In this document: positions 52,456 to 61,834 of the stretch, piece by piece
Layout of the letters: every line of letters starts with the position of its first letter
Numbering within the stretch: position 1 is the first letter of the stretch
IMG/VR virus record: IMGVR_UViG_3300024518_002390
Location: 7,066 to 71,065 of that record
DNA length: 64,000 bases
Direction: 5' to 3' (one strand)
Origin: a virus
Taxonomy: Duplodnaviria > Caudoviricetes
The notes under the pieces: model-generated
The model's database searches: none
What the model was told of the DNA's origin: nothing
The model's input: the letters and a program-made list of their open reading frames with translations, nothing else
Position numbers and translations under genes: made by a program

Positions 52456-53481
52456 TTATTCCTCCACTAATCTACGACCAGCTTTACGCTTGGCCTTGCT
52501 TATTCCTCGTTGCTTTGCAAACTTGTCAACAACCTTGCCCGGTAATAAAACATCGAAGGCTTCCTGCAATCTGTTCTTCTTGCCACGCAGTGGCAGAGGT
52601 CTCGGCCGAACCACCTGCAAAACAACCAGTTCGAGATGCAAATTCTTGCAGGCCATGTACAGCTTCTTGCGTATTGCTTCCCACTTTTCCTCGTCGGCCT
52701 CCGAAAGTTGGTACCTAATTTTAATTTGGTCGCCTACCAGGGTCCTTTGCTCGATGGCCTTGTCCATAAACTCGCGCACCGAACTGACATCGAGGGTGGT
52801 TCGATTACGTATGTCGGGAAATAGCTCGGCCACCTCCCCCTCCGTTATAGTTAGCGCACGGCCTCTGTAATCGTCGTTGAAGCGTATGCTATACGGCGTG
52901 CCCACGTAACTAACTCGACCGATAGTTTGCGGGCAGTGTATATCACCGCTAATAACCTCGCCGCCAAACTTACGAAAATAGCTGGGGGCTAAACCTTTCT
53001 CCATTTCGTACCCGTTAGAAGTAACACTACCAATTACCGACTCATGCATAAAAACATAGGCGGCCGTTTTCATAGCCTTCTCCACAGTCCGATTCACAGC
53101 CCAATCTGCAAGCGGTTGCCGGGTATGTGGCAAGAACAGACAGGAATAGCCTTCTATCAACCAGCACTGTGGATCCTTAATATAATTGATGTATTCGTAC
53201 TGGCCGAGGAATTCGAAGAACGGCATATCCGGATCAATATAATCGTGGTTGCCTTTAAGGAGAAATATCTCCATACCTTTGCCTGTCAAATCCAACATAC
53301 GTTTGACAATAGCATTGACCAAATTGGCCGAGTGGTGGTCCTTACTATCAGTGAGGTCGCCGAGTATTATGAGGTTCTTGTCGCCGGTCCTCATAAAGTA
53401 CTCGTACACCCACGTAAAGATTTTGAACCGGTAACGGTCGGCCGTCTTGTCGGTAAAATGTAGGTCGCTGATCAACAGCAT
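52456..53481 (-). CDS. sbcD: SbcD/Mre11-like nuclease (gp47-like)
   Basis: SDLH, GDLTD, GNHD, MHE, SGDIH, YVGTP metallophosphoesterase motifs. Confidence 0.9.
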   Translation of the reverse strand: MLLISDLHFTDKTADRYRFKIFTWVYEYFMRTGDKNLIILGDLTDSKDHHSANLVNAIVKRMLDLTGKGMEIFLLKGNHDYIDPDMPFFEFLGQYEYINYIKDPQCWLIEGYSCLFLPHTRQPLADWAVNRTVEKAMKTAAYVFMHESVIGSVTSNGYEMEKGLAPSYFRKFGGEVISGDIHCPQTIGRVSYVGTPYSIRFNDDYRGRALTITEGEVAELFPDIRNRTTLDVSSVREFMDKAIEQRTLVGDQIKIRYQLSEADEEKWEAIRKKLYMACKNLHLELVVLQVVRPRPLPLRGKKNRLQEAFDVLLPGKVVDKFAKQRGISKAKRKAGRRLVEE

Positions 53482-53933
53482 TACGTAACCCTGCCGTCAT
53501 CTTTACGAACGCCCATCGATTCCAACCAATCCCGGCCGAGGAATTCGAACGGTCTGCGCACATACAATACGCGGCCTTCCGGATGTTCAGGGAACAGATA
53601 GGAAACAACCACCATACCATCCATCAACGTCATCTCCTCCCCGGTATCCTCGTAACGTATATTGGGCGCAACAGGAGCCTCACCTGCAAACGACAGGCCA
53701 ACATATCTGTACAGCCGGCGCCGGTGGCGTAATACCATCCACAAGCAGGCCAGGCCATTCATGCCCCATGCAGTTCGGTCCAGTATCCTGTTGCCGATCG
53801 AACGTTCTGCCTCATCAGCCTCCTTAATTCCGCCACGGAATAAGTAGTAGATGATGGTTATTGCAAAAGCGCACAGTACCAGGACCAGTCCCATTCCAAT
53901 TGTTTGTATTGCTGTAAACATCACACCCTCCAC
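53481..53933 (-). CDS. membrane-associated hypothetical protein
   Basis: N-terminal TM segment. Confidence 0.6.
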   Translation of the reverse strand: MEGVMFTAIQTIGMGLVLVLCAFAITIIYYLFRGGIKEADEAERSIGNRILDRTAWGMNGLACLWMVLRHRRRLYRYVGLSFAGEAPVAPNIRYEDTGEEMTLMDGMVVVSYLFPEHPEGRVLYVRRPFEFLGRDWLESMGVRKDDGRVT

Positions 53934-54394
53934 TTCTCTATTTTATATCGGCCAATCAATATAGCCTCTGCCCGTCCCTCATGCTTCACTAAAGGCAGTT
54001 CGGCATCAGGATATAAATTTCGTGCCAGCGCAAGACTGGCCTTCTTATCTTGCTTGAGTAGGCCGTGGTGCCTCTTCCATACTACCGGCGCCACGTATGT
54101 AATCGGAATGCCGAGCGCTTCCAATACGCCCTCAATCGCCCCGAATCCTCGCCCAAACGCGAACATCCCGGCGACACCCTGCCCTGGACGGCTACTGACA
54201 CGCTCTACAACCGCGCAGACGGGCCGATACTCGCGCATCAGCTGTGCTATATGCTCGCTATCTATCATCCAGCGTGAGCGGCCCGTAGAGTCGGTCTCAC
54301 GCAATGGCATTGAGTGCAGTGACAGCAACCGGGCGGCCCGCGTCCCGAGGAACGCTAGGCCACCCGAATTGCCTGGGTCGATACTGACTATCAA
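53921..54394 (-). CDS. RuvC-like Holliday junction resolvase
   Basis: IVSIDPG, VVERV, FAFGRGFG, WK, AEAILI. Confidence 0.85.
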   Translation of the reverse strand: MIVSIDPGNSGGLAFLGTRAARLLSLHSMPLRETDSTGRSRWMIDSEHIAQLMREYRPVCAVVERVSSRPGQGVAGMFAFGRGFGAIEGVLEALGIPITYVAPVVWKRHHGLLKQDKKASLALARNLYPDAELPLVKHEGRAEAILIGRYKIEKWRV

Positions 54395-55413
54395 TACTTG
54401 GTTTCCTTAGGCAGAAACTCTTCTTCGATAGAGACCCACTCCGTGCGAACAGCCGTAGCAAGTTTGGCCATCCATTTTTTGCGATCCCTCGCAGGCAAAG
54501 ATTTAATACGTTTCGCTTCCTGTGAAACTCGGCAGCCCTGCAACAGGCCGACCTTCGGCAGTGCCTTAACATCCTTCAGCCAGTCTAGCGAGGCCAGCAC
54601 GTCGTCAATGCCATAGCCAAATATCAAGCTGAAATCGACCTCCCTAAAAGGTATGCCTACCTTGTTCTTGGTAAGCTTGCAACGTATGACAACTCCATGC
54701 GGCCGCTTAATTCCTCGCACAGTCTTCACCAGCTTCTTAATCTCTGCGAGGTAGACAACTTGAGAAGCATAGAAGTCCAAGGCACGGCCGCCGCTTCGGG
54801 TCCACTTACGCCCAAACAAGGCATTTATCTTATCCCTTACTTGCGAGATTATCATTACCGTTACCTTGGCAGTTTGCAGATTGCGCTTCTCACGCCGAAA
54901 CATCTCCGACATGAGCTTGGCCTTTGCTGCTCCATACGTACCCTTCTCTATATCCCTTTCCTGCTCGGCCTTGTCCGACAGTGCATCCAAACTATCTACA
55001 ATGTACAGGCCTGGCTGTCGCGACTTCCTACAGCGTTCTGCAAAGTCTTTGAGGTCCTTTTGCAGTTCCTCCACCGTGTCATTTTCCTCTTCGAACTCGA
55101 CTCGGCTAATCGGCATGCCTAGTATCTCAGCATAGCCCTTATCAAACGCCGCCTCGGCCTCCTTATACCGGATCTTCCCCTTGGGATTGGCAAGAGCAAA
55201 GTTTGCGCACGCCTCAATAGCCAGCAACGTCTTGCCTGTGCTTTTGTCGCCGACAATGTTGATAATACGGCCTTGCGCATAACCACCGCCCAAAGCGCAG
55301 TCCAACAGCATGCATCCGCTGCTGAAAAACTTGATCCCTTTACTACCAGCAAAATATCTGGTGGCAGTGCGAGATCCGCGCTTAGGCAGTGCAAGGCGAC
55401 GGCGGCCTGACAT
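54391..55413 (-). CDS. recA: RecA/UvsX-like recombinase
   Basis: SSG...LD.ALGGG...GRI..I.G..STGKT.LA, IVDSLDAL, ISQVR.KI, SGG.AL.FYAS. Confidence 0.93.
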   Translation of the reverse strand: MSGRRRLALPKRGSRTATRYFAGSKGIKFFSSGCMLLDCALGGGYAQGRIINIVGDKSTGKTLLAIEACANFALANPKGKIRYKEAEAAFDKGYAEILGMPISRVEFEEENDTVEELQKDLKDFAERCRKSRQPGLYIVDSLDALSDKAEQERDIEKGTYGAAKAKLMSEMFRREKRNLQTAKVTVMIISQVRDKINALFGRKWTRSGGRALDFYASQVVYLAEIKKLVKTVRGIKRPHGVVIRCKLTKNKVGIPFREVDFSLIFGYGIDDVLASLDWLKDVKALPKVGLLQGCRVSQEAKRIKSLPARDRKKWMAKLATAVRTEWVSIEEEFLPKETKY

Positions 55414-56504
55414 TAGCGTCGCCTACGCTTGCGGAGTTTATCCTTCTCCGATTTTTTGGCCTTCCGCTTCTTCGGCTTGCTAAGGCCGAGCTCTTCGCAA
55501 ATCTCACCGCGCAGGTCCTCGATCTCGTCTTCGTCATCCTCATCAACATCATCATCAATATCGAGGTTATTGTCGTCGATGGCGTCCAGCAGCTCTTCGA
55601 ACTCCATTTCCTGCACTTCTTCCCACGTTACGTCGGCCGCGCCTTCCTCATCCTCGGCCTCGTCCTCGTACTTACGACGGCCGCGCTTCGGCTTATCCTT
55701 CTTGCCGCGCTTCGGCTCGTCCTCGTCCTCGTCCTCGTCGTCCCCGTCATAGGCCGATCCGCCTGCATTAAACGCTTTTTCAATCTCCTCATACTCGTAG
55801 AAGAGCAACGTCTCTGGAATCGGCAATTCAACGGCCTGCTGTAACGCCTCGTCATTGTCGAGCGGCGAGGACCTGCGTGCGATAGCAATGCCACCATATT
55901 GGGTCTTAATGCCCTTACCAGTTTTGGTAAACTCGACATCGTATCCGGCCTCCGGATCGTCGATATCAAGGACCTCACCAGTACGCTTGTCCACGGCTAA
56001 CGTTGTTATGTCGGCATCCATAGACCACGGCGCCGACCAAAGCTGCAAGCCTTTTTCTTCCTCGTCCCTGTCGATGATATAAATAGCCACCCGCTTCTTG
56101 CTTTGCAGCTGGTTGGCGTATTCCTTATCATTGTCTTGCAAGGCCTTGGCGCGTTCTTCCTCAATAGGATCGGCCTCACCTGTCATCTTCTGCAAGTCCA
56201 GGAACGACTCCCCATCTGGTCCGATACCATAATGGCACCAAATCTCATGGCCGTAGTGTTCCGCATCTTCCCAAGTAGGCGGCAGTATACGAATGAGGTT
56301 GTCGCCGTCCTTGGGCCGGAATACGTTCACCTCGTCTTTGAACATGCTGCGCCGGTTATAGCCGCTCTGCTCGGCGCGTTTCTTCCACGCCTCGGTACTG
56401 CGCTTCTTGTACTTAAAGCCGCTCCGCCTTTTGCCCGATCGCTTACCACGCCGTGACCCTTTAGTCCGGGTGCGGCCTTTATCTCTTCTGCGTTTCTTTG
56501 CCAT
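55413..56504 (-). CDS. T4 gp32-like single-stranded DNA-binding protein
   Basis: F..K.G.N.IRILPP, H..W.H, IIDR, D.DDP..GYD....KTG.G..T.Y; long acidic C-terminal region. Confidence 0.75.
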   Translation of the reverse strand: MAKKRRRDKGRTRTKGSRRGKRSGKRRSGFKYKKRSTEAWKKRAEQSGYNRRSMFKDEVNVFRPKDGDNLIRILPPTWEDAEHYGHEIWCHYGIGPDGESFLDLQKMTGEADPIEEERAKALQDNDKEYANQLQSKKRVAIYIIDRDEEEKGLQLWSAPWSMDADITTLAVDKRTGEVLDIDDPEAGYDVEFTKTGKGIKTQYGGIAIARRSSPLDNDEALQQAVELPIPETLLFYEYEEIEKAFNAGGSAYDGDDEDEDEDEPKRGKKDKPKRGRRKYEDEAEDEEGAADVTWEEVQEMEFEELLDAIDDNNLDIDDDVDEDDEDEIEDLRGEICEELGLSKPKKRKAKKSEKDKLRKRRRR

Positions 56505-56974
56505 TAGTTACTTCTCCTTTTCTTGCGTTGTACAGTCGCGGCACCATCTACTGTGGCATGACTGTGTTGATAGTTCTCGTGCATGGCCAAACTCACCAAG
56601 CCCTTCAATGAAAAGCTTTTCTGTACCATGGCCTCCTTGAGCGTCTCCCATCGCTTGGCCTGCTTCTCAGCCTGTGCGTGCTTGGAAATAAGCGTCTGCA
56701 CTTTCGGATGCAGGCCTACCTCTTGTTTGATTTGTGTTTCAGTTACCCCTCGTGCGCCGCTTTCCTCCCTTGCAACATCTCGCAATACCGAAGCAATGCT
56801 GGCACGCTCCCTGTCCAACCGCTGCCCTAAGCGTTTAGCTCGACGGTCAGCATCAATGTAGTAATCACAAATGGTGTAGAATGCAGATGGAAACTCGGCC
56901 AACTCGTTATCCAAGTCGTCCTTATTGATTTTAAGCCTGGCCTCGTAATGCTTTAATGGATTATCCATCACCAT
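56504..56974 (-). CDS. UvsY-like recombination mediator
   Basis: L.I..DDLD.EL...P..., TE..I...V..HP, EA..QK...L..L; helical; adjacent to gp32-like and RecA genes. Confidence 0.6.
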   Translation of the reverse strand: MVMDNPLKHYEARLKINKDDLDNELAEFPSAFYTICDYYIDADRRAKRLGQRLDRERASIASVLRDVAREESGARGVTETQIKQEVGLHPKVQTLISKHAQAEKQAKRWETLKEAMVQKSFSLKGLVSLAMHENYQHSHATVDGAATVQRKKRRSN

Positions 56975-57007
56975 CCTCCGACTCGCAAGACACCGTGTAA
57001 AGCTTCT

Positions 57008-58003
57008 TCAAAATAACAACCTCCCGGCCGCCAGCAATAACGGCGCTTTCTTTTGCACTGGATCAAAGGGTTCCGAAAACTCCTCCATCACATTTAGCAA
57101 CCAACCTGCCTTGTCCTTATCCTTTGTACCAAGCAAGGCCTTTGCTGCATAGTTCATTACAACTATACGGATGCCTTCCACATTATCTGCCTCCAACTTT
57201 CCGATCATGTTTTTCACTTTCATAAACGAAACGTTATGGACTATGGCACGCACGATTTCAAACTCGGCCTCGCCTTCCTCATCAACACTGTCCAACACCT
57301 TCATCGCTTCGGCACGGCTCTCGCAATGCAACACACTCTGCAAGTAAACGAGGGCCTGCCTTACACTGCCGTCTGCCTTTCCTGCTATGGCTCGAAGTGC
57401 ATCCCCTCCCAACTTGGTAATCCCATCACCCTCAGCAAAAATAATTTCATCCAGTAGCTGTGCAATCTCTTTGGCCGGAACTGGCTTAAGGTCGAAGGTT
57501 TGGCAGCGTGTTTTGATAGTGCGTGGAACCTTGCCAGCCTCTGTTGTACAAAATGCAATGAACAAATGCTGTGGCGGTTCCTCAATAATCTTCAGCCAAC
57601 TTTGCCAGGCCTGCTTACTAAGCGAATGGCACTCATCAAGTATTAGCAACTTCTCCGGGTTCATGCCGAACCCCGGCGTGGCCGCCATCGACTTTACCTG
57701 CTTCATTGCATCGATGCCACTATGCGTGGCCGCGTCTATTTCGATCACGCCGACTTGGTGGACGCCACACTCAGTAGCGAGGATTCGAGCCAATGTGGTT
57801 TTCCCCACCCCGCTCGGCCCGGTGAATAGGTAGCTGTGCGGGCGAGAGTGCCCTGACAGCAGGTTTTTCAGCGCTTTCACTGTACTTGCTTGCCCTATAA
57901 CCCCATCGAGCGTGACAGGGCGGTGTCGTACGTGCAACGGCTCAAGCAAATGTGCCGATTGTTCGTCAATCATGCGCTTACGTTTCTTTGGTTTGGCCAT
58001 CAC
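57008..58003 (-). CDS. dnaX: clamp loader, DNA polymerase III gamma/tau-like AAA+ ATPase
   Basis: L...HRP.TL..VIGQ, YLFTGPSGVGKTTLARI, EIDAA..SGID, ILDECH.LS..A...LK.IEEPP, I.TRCQ.F, DGSVR.AL. Confidence 0.88.
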   Translation of the reverse strand: MMAKPKKRKRMIDEQSAHLLEPLHVRHRPVTLDGVIGQASTVKALKNLLSGHSRPHSYLFTGPSGVGKTTLARILATECGVHQVGVIEIDAATHSGIDAMKQVKSMAATPGFGMNPEKLLILDECHSLSKQAWQSWLKIIEEPPQHLFIAFCTTEAGKVPRTIKTRCQTFDLKPVPAKEIAQLLDEIIFAEGDGITKLGGDALRAIAGKADGSVRQALVYLQSVLHCESRAEAMKVLDSVDEEGEAEFEIVRAIVHNVSFMKVKNMIGKLEADNVEGIRIVVMNYAAKALLGTKDKDKAGWLLNVMEEFSEPFDPVQKKAPLLLAAGRLLF

Positions 58004-58203
58004 CCCCTCCCAAAGTTTGCATTACCAGGCCTTGTACCTTTGTCGTGCAATTCATGGTCACGCTCGATAGCAGCAGGCAGTTGGCTGGCAAGATGCGTTA
58101 TTGCTTTCTGTATGCATTGCGCATGGCCGCCGTCCTGGGCACTAAATTGCGTGCACCCCGTTCGAGTAAAAGATCCCTGCATGTTAATGGTTACCATTCC
58201 CAT
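58000..58203 (-). CDS. small hypothetical protein
   Basis: ATG 58203 with GAGGAG SD. Confidence 0.55.
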   Translation of the reverse strand: MGMVTINMQGSFTRTGCTQFSAQDGGHAQCIQKAITHLASQLPAAIERDHELHDKGTRPGNANFGRG

Positions 58204-58213
58204 ATTTTTCTCC

Positions 58214-60754
58214 TCAGTGAAAGTTGAAATCTTTGTCGCTGGCATACACCGCCAATTCTTTTTGGTCGTACCAATTAGGACCGCCCTCAACCTCAATCAA
58301 AAGAGGTACATTTATGAAGTCGTGATTAGGCCTGCACATCTCTTTCGCTATTGTCCTAATGCGCTTTTTGTCGTTGCGCATAAGGAAGGTCAAATCATCG
58401 TGCACGTTCAAATTGAATTGGATGCCCTTATCTTGCAACCGCGAACTGGCATCTACAACTATATCGGAGGCCGTGCCCTGTATCGGGTGGTTGATTTGCT
58501 CGTTGTAGCTGCATGGCGCATAACGGCGACGGCCTGTAAGCGTTTCCACGTAACCGTGCCGCTCATACTTGCTAATCAATTCAGCCTGCCATTCGTGTAT
58601 GCCCTCAAACACGCTCCAAAACTCTTCATACAAATAGCTGGCCACGCCGCTGGGCAGATTGAGATTGTTTGCGACGCTGTATTCCTGCGCGCCGAAGAAC
58701 AGTGGGAAGACCCACTTGTTCTTAACCTCCTGCCTAAACTTCTTGGATCCGCCGGCCGACCACTTCTCCGAAATGTTCATCGCTTTGAGACATCCCTTCC
58801 ACTCGTCGTGTATGCGTGTGGCCCACTCCATGTGCACATCGTACTCGTCCCAAAGCATTTGCACGAATGTTGGATCCTGCGAGGCCATGGCAATGCAGCG
58901 TGCTTCTATTTGGCCGTAGTCAAAACTAATCACCCACAGGTTGCCATCCGAATCCTCAATTATTGCGCGTATAACTTTCCACTCGCTCTGCTTGGGCCAG
59001 TTCTGTAAGTTAGGATCCTCGCTGTTGGTCCTGCCTGATGTTGTAAACAGATGCCCGTAGCTTGTATGCAGGCGGCCGTCGGGGTAGGTAAGCTTTGGTA
59101 GCGGATCAACAAACGTGCCTTTGATTGTTTGCAGGGAGCGCATCTCAGTTATGATCGGCGCTACCGGGTACCGCTTCGGACTGAGGCTTTTGAGTACATC
59201 ATCCGTTGTGGTTATGCCGCCGCTTGCCGTCCTACACTCGGGTGGACTCATAATACCGCCAAAAAACTTTACCATGTCAGGGTGGCTGTCCACATTAGGG
59301 TCTCGGCCATACTTCTTTACAAACTTCTTCCACGCCCTAGTCTTCCGCGCCTTATCTAACTCGGCATTTATACGGCGCGTCAGCTTGCGTGACAGGCGTT
59401 TAGCCGTACGTCTGTTCACAGGGACACCTTGCAGCATCGCACCGACTAGCGTCGCTCCTGTGCGTACACGTTCAGCGACAACTGCCAGCAAACGTTCGGC
59501 ACGTACTTTCTTGCGCAATACGAAATACAATTCCAACGTCCATTTAGTATCCAGGCCGTTGTACGGCAATACATCGAGCAGGTCATTATTCCAAATTCGT
59601 TTGCGATCTATACGCGGCGACAAGGCCTTCAAATTAAATCCGAAATAAAGCTGGACAAGCATATCTAGGTTGAGCATTCCTTTGCGGCTGTCCAACACAT
59701 ATCCCTGTGCCATAGTATCTGCCCATTTCGTATTCAGTATTGTGGCCATGCCATAGTCGTGTGCAAACCATTCTTGCTCGAACTTGGTATTGTGACAAAC
59801 TTTGCGGCCGCTGTTTTCAATGAACCACTGTAGCTGCTTTCTACACTGCGCCTCTAGCGACTGCGTCTTCCAAAACCCAGGCCAACCAACCGGAAAGACG
59901 AACGTTCCATCTGCGCGGGTGGTTACACTACAGGTAAGGATGATCGAGTCGACATGATAAGGCCGCAGATTGCGCGTCTCAATATCCACCGAGCATATCG
60001 TCGCCTTAGCCATCTTCTGCAGGCGGCGCTTCATCGTATCAAGCCCTTGTTTGTCGCCGCGCGCTATCCACTCTATCTGTTTATCAAATCCCTCCGTTAT
60101 TACTTTAGGTTTCGGCAGGCCTGCGTATACCTCGCGTTGCAAAACTTTAAGGTCGCGCTCGAATACCTTAAGCTGTTCGCTCTTGTGTCGGCCGCCCCCT
60201 TGGCGTAAAACGCCGGCAGGATGTAGGATAGGATATGCCCAACATACATGACCGTTGATGCTTACCGGCACATAGCGGCCGCGCCACTTTGCTATTCCCT
60301 GTCCACTTCCAGGCATAAGCCAGTTTGTTGGAACAAGGCCTACAAGTATTACCACCTCGGGCTTGTGCTTTGCAATATCCTCACGCTGTTGTAGCCGACA
60401 GCATTCTATCTCCGCTGGAAGCGGGTTCCGATTGTTTGGCGGCCTGCACCTTATCGTATTATTCCAGCGAATGTTTTTGGAGAACCGGCTAGACAAATTA
60501 GAACGCAACAGCTTGCCCGACTTGCCTATAAACTGGCGGCCGCGCTTGTCCTCATTCTCCCCGGGTGCCTCGCCAAGTATATAAATAGAACAGGCTTTAC
60601 CACTGGCTCCGGTCGGTTCCATTTTAGGGTTGACAAGCTTGCGGTCAGTGTTACGTGGGCAGGCCTTGCACCCGTGCGAATGCATTAACTCGGTAGGCAT
60701 ATCCCCCTTGGACTTTTTCTTCTGCTGTATATTGTCGGCGTAGAAAAGACCCAA
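58214..60754 (-). CDS. family A DNA polymerase with N-terminal UDG family-4-like domain and 3'-5' exonuclease
   Basis: C..C, GEAPG..ED..G..F.G.SG.LL, N..RCRPP.NR.P...EI..C, HPA; VDIET, HNTKFE, DTMAQ, YN..D; TSGRTNSEDPNLQN, FDYGQIEAR, N.PIQGTASD, VHDD. Confidence 0.92.
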   Translation of the reverse strand: MGLFYADNIQQKKKSKGDMPTELMHSHGCKACPRNTDRKLVNPKMEPTGASGKACSIYILGEAPGENEDKRGRQFIGKSGKLLRSNLSSRFSKNIRWNNTIRCRPPNNRNPLPAEIECCRLQQREDIAKHKPEVVILVGLVPTNWLMPGSGQGIAKWRGRYVPVSINGHVCWAYPILHPAGVLRQGGGRHKSEQLKVFERDLKVLQREVYAGLPKPKVITEGFDKQIEWIARGDKQGLDTMKRRLQKMAKATICSVDIETRNLRPYHVDSIILTCSVTTRADGTFVFPVGWPGFWKTQSLEAQCRKQLQWFIENSGRKVCHNTKFEQEWFAHDYGMATILNTKWADTMAQGYVLDSRKGMLNLDMLVQLYFGFNLKALSPRIDRKRIWNNDLLDVLPYNGLDTKWTLELYFVLRKKVRAERLLAVVAERVRTGATLVGAMLQGVPVNRRTAKRLSRKLTRRINAELDKARKTRAWKKFVKKYGRDPNVDSHPDMVKFFGGIMSPPECRTASGGITTTDDVLKSLSPKRYPVAPIITEMRSLQTIKGTFVDPLPKLTYPDGRLHTSYGHLFTTSGRTNSEDPNLQNWPKQSEWKVIRAIIEDSDGNLWVISFDYGQIEARCIAMASQDPTFVQMLWDEYDVHMEWATRIHDEWKGCLKAMNISEKWSAGGSKKFRQEVKNKWVFPLFFGAQEYSVANNLNLPSGVASYLYEEFWSVFEGIHEWQAELISKYERHGYVETLTGRRRYAPCSYNEQINHPIQGTASDIVVDASSRLQDKGIQFNLNVHDDLTFLMRNDKKRIRTIAKEMCRPNHDFINVPLLIEVEGGPNWYDQKELAVYASDKDFNFH

Positions 60755-60757
60755 AAC

Positions 60758-61834
60758 TTATTCCTCCTGCGTGGCCAGCAAGTGCATGTAAGTATCGCTC
60801 AAGAAAACGATTACTCGCTTGCCGAAGTACACGGAATCGCACTGGTTGGCGGCCTTGGTTACAAGCTCTGCATCTACTGCAAACGCCTTGGCTGGGAGGC
60901 TCTTCTTAAACACTGCGCTGGACTTTACTTTGCCTAGCGAGGACTTGGCCTCAGCCGTTAGTGTGTTCAATGCCAACTGCACATGCACCTGCTTGTGTAA
61001 ATCGTTCGACAGGATAAGCAACGCACGTTCAAACACATCTAAAAAGTTCTTAGGCATCTTGCGAGCTTTGGCCTTGTAATCCTTTTGCAAATGCTCGGCC
61101 AGCACCTTCTCAAAGTCCAGCGGATCCTTATTGCTTACCAACTTACCGTACATCTTGCAATCGTCGCCGAAGCTCACCACAACAAAATCCTTGGCAACTT
61201 GAATCGCTGCATTATCGAGGCCGTAAGTTTGGGCGCCCTTGAGCAACGCTTGGCAGAACACTGTCGGCAGAATAATGTTGTCGACGCCAGCACTGGTTAA
61301 GGCCATTGTCGTAAACTTGCTGATGGCTTTGTTGTTGGTGCTATACATGCACAGCAATTTGCCTTTGTGGTTTAACGTAACCCCCATCTGCGAAGGCATT
61401 TGGTCGCCTACCGAAGACAGACAAAGCTCAATGCCTCGAAAGAAACGTTCGGCCTGTTTCTTTTTGAATTTGTGCATGCCTAAGCGTTTCAAATTCGGCC
61501 ACTTAAATAGGAAGTCTTCTTCTCCCATATAGGGGAGGCGGCCGCGTACTCCTGTGCGGGCGGCGCCGGCCTTAAAAAACACTGCGTTCTTCGAAAAGCC
61601 AACGTCCACTTCCTTAGTATGCACGCTAGAGAGCAGCCGCAACAATGTATTGGCCTGCAACGCCAACGTAAAATTTGTGGCGCACTTTACTTGTATGCCG
61701 ATGAAGTCGTTGTAGGCCGTAACTGTTTTGCCGTGAAAGCAAAAGTGCGACAGAATCGGAATGAAATCCCTAGCATCTACTGCAAGCTTGGCCACATCCA
61801 GCTTTTCTAATAGCTCTTCTCTGTTGAACTTCAT
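60758..61834 (-). CDS. dnaN: sliding clamp, DNA polymerase III beta-like
   Basis: MKFNREELL..L......PILSH..F, ~358 aa, three-domain alpha/beta periodicity; adjacent to the polymerase and DnaX. Confidence 0.7.
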   Translation of the reverse strand: MKFNREELLEKLDVAKLAVDARDFIPILSHFCFHGKTVTAYNDFIGIQVKCATNFTLALQANTLLRLLSSVHTKEVDVGFSKNAVFFKAGAARTGVRGRLPYMGEEDFLFKWPNLKRLGMHKFKKKQAERFFRGIELCLSSVGDQMPSQMGVTLNHKGKLLCMYSTNNKAISKFTTMALTSAGVDNIILPTVFCQALLKGAQTYGLDNAAIQVAKDFVVVSFGDDCKMYGKLVSNKDPLDFEKVLAEHLQKDYKAKARKMPKNFLDVFERALLILSNDLHKQVHVQLALNTLTAEAKSSLGKVKSSAVFKKSLPAKAFAVDAELVTKAANQCDSVYFGKRVIVFLSDTYMHLLATQEE

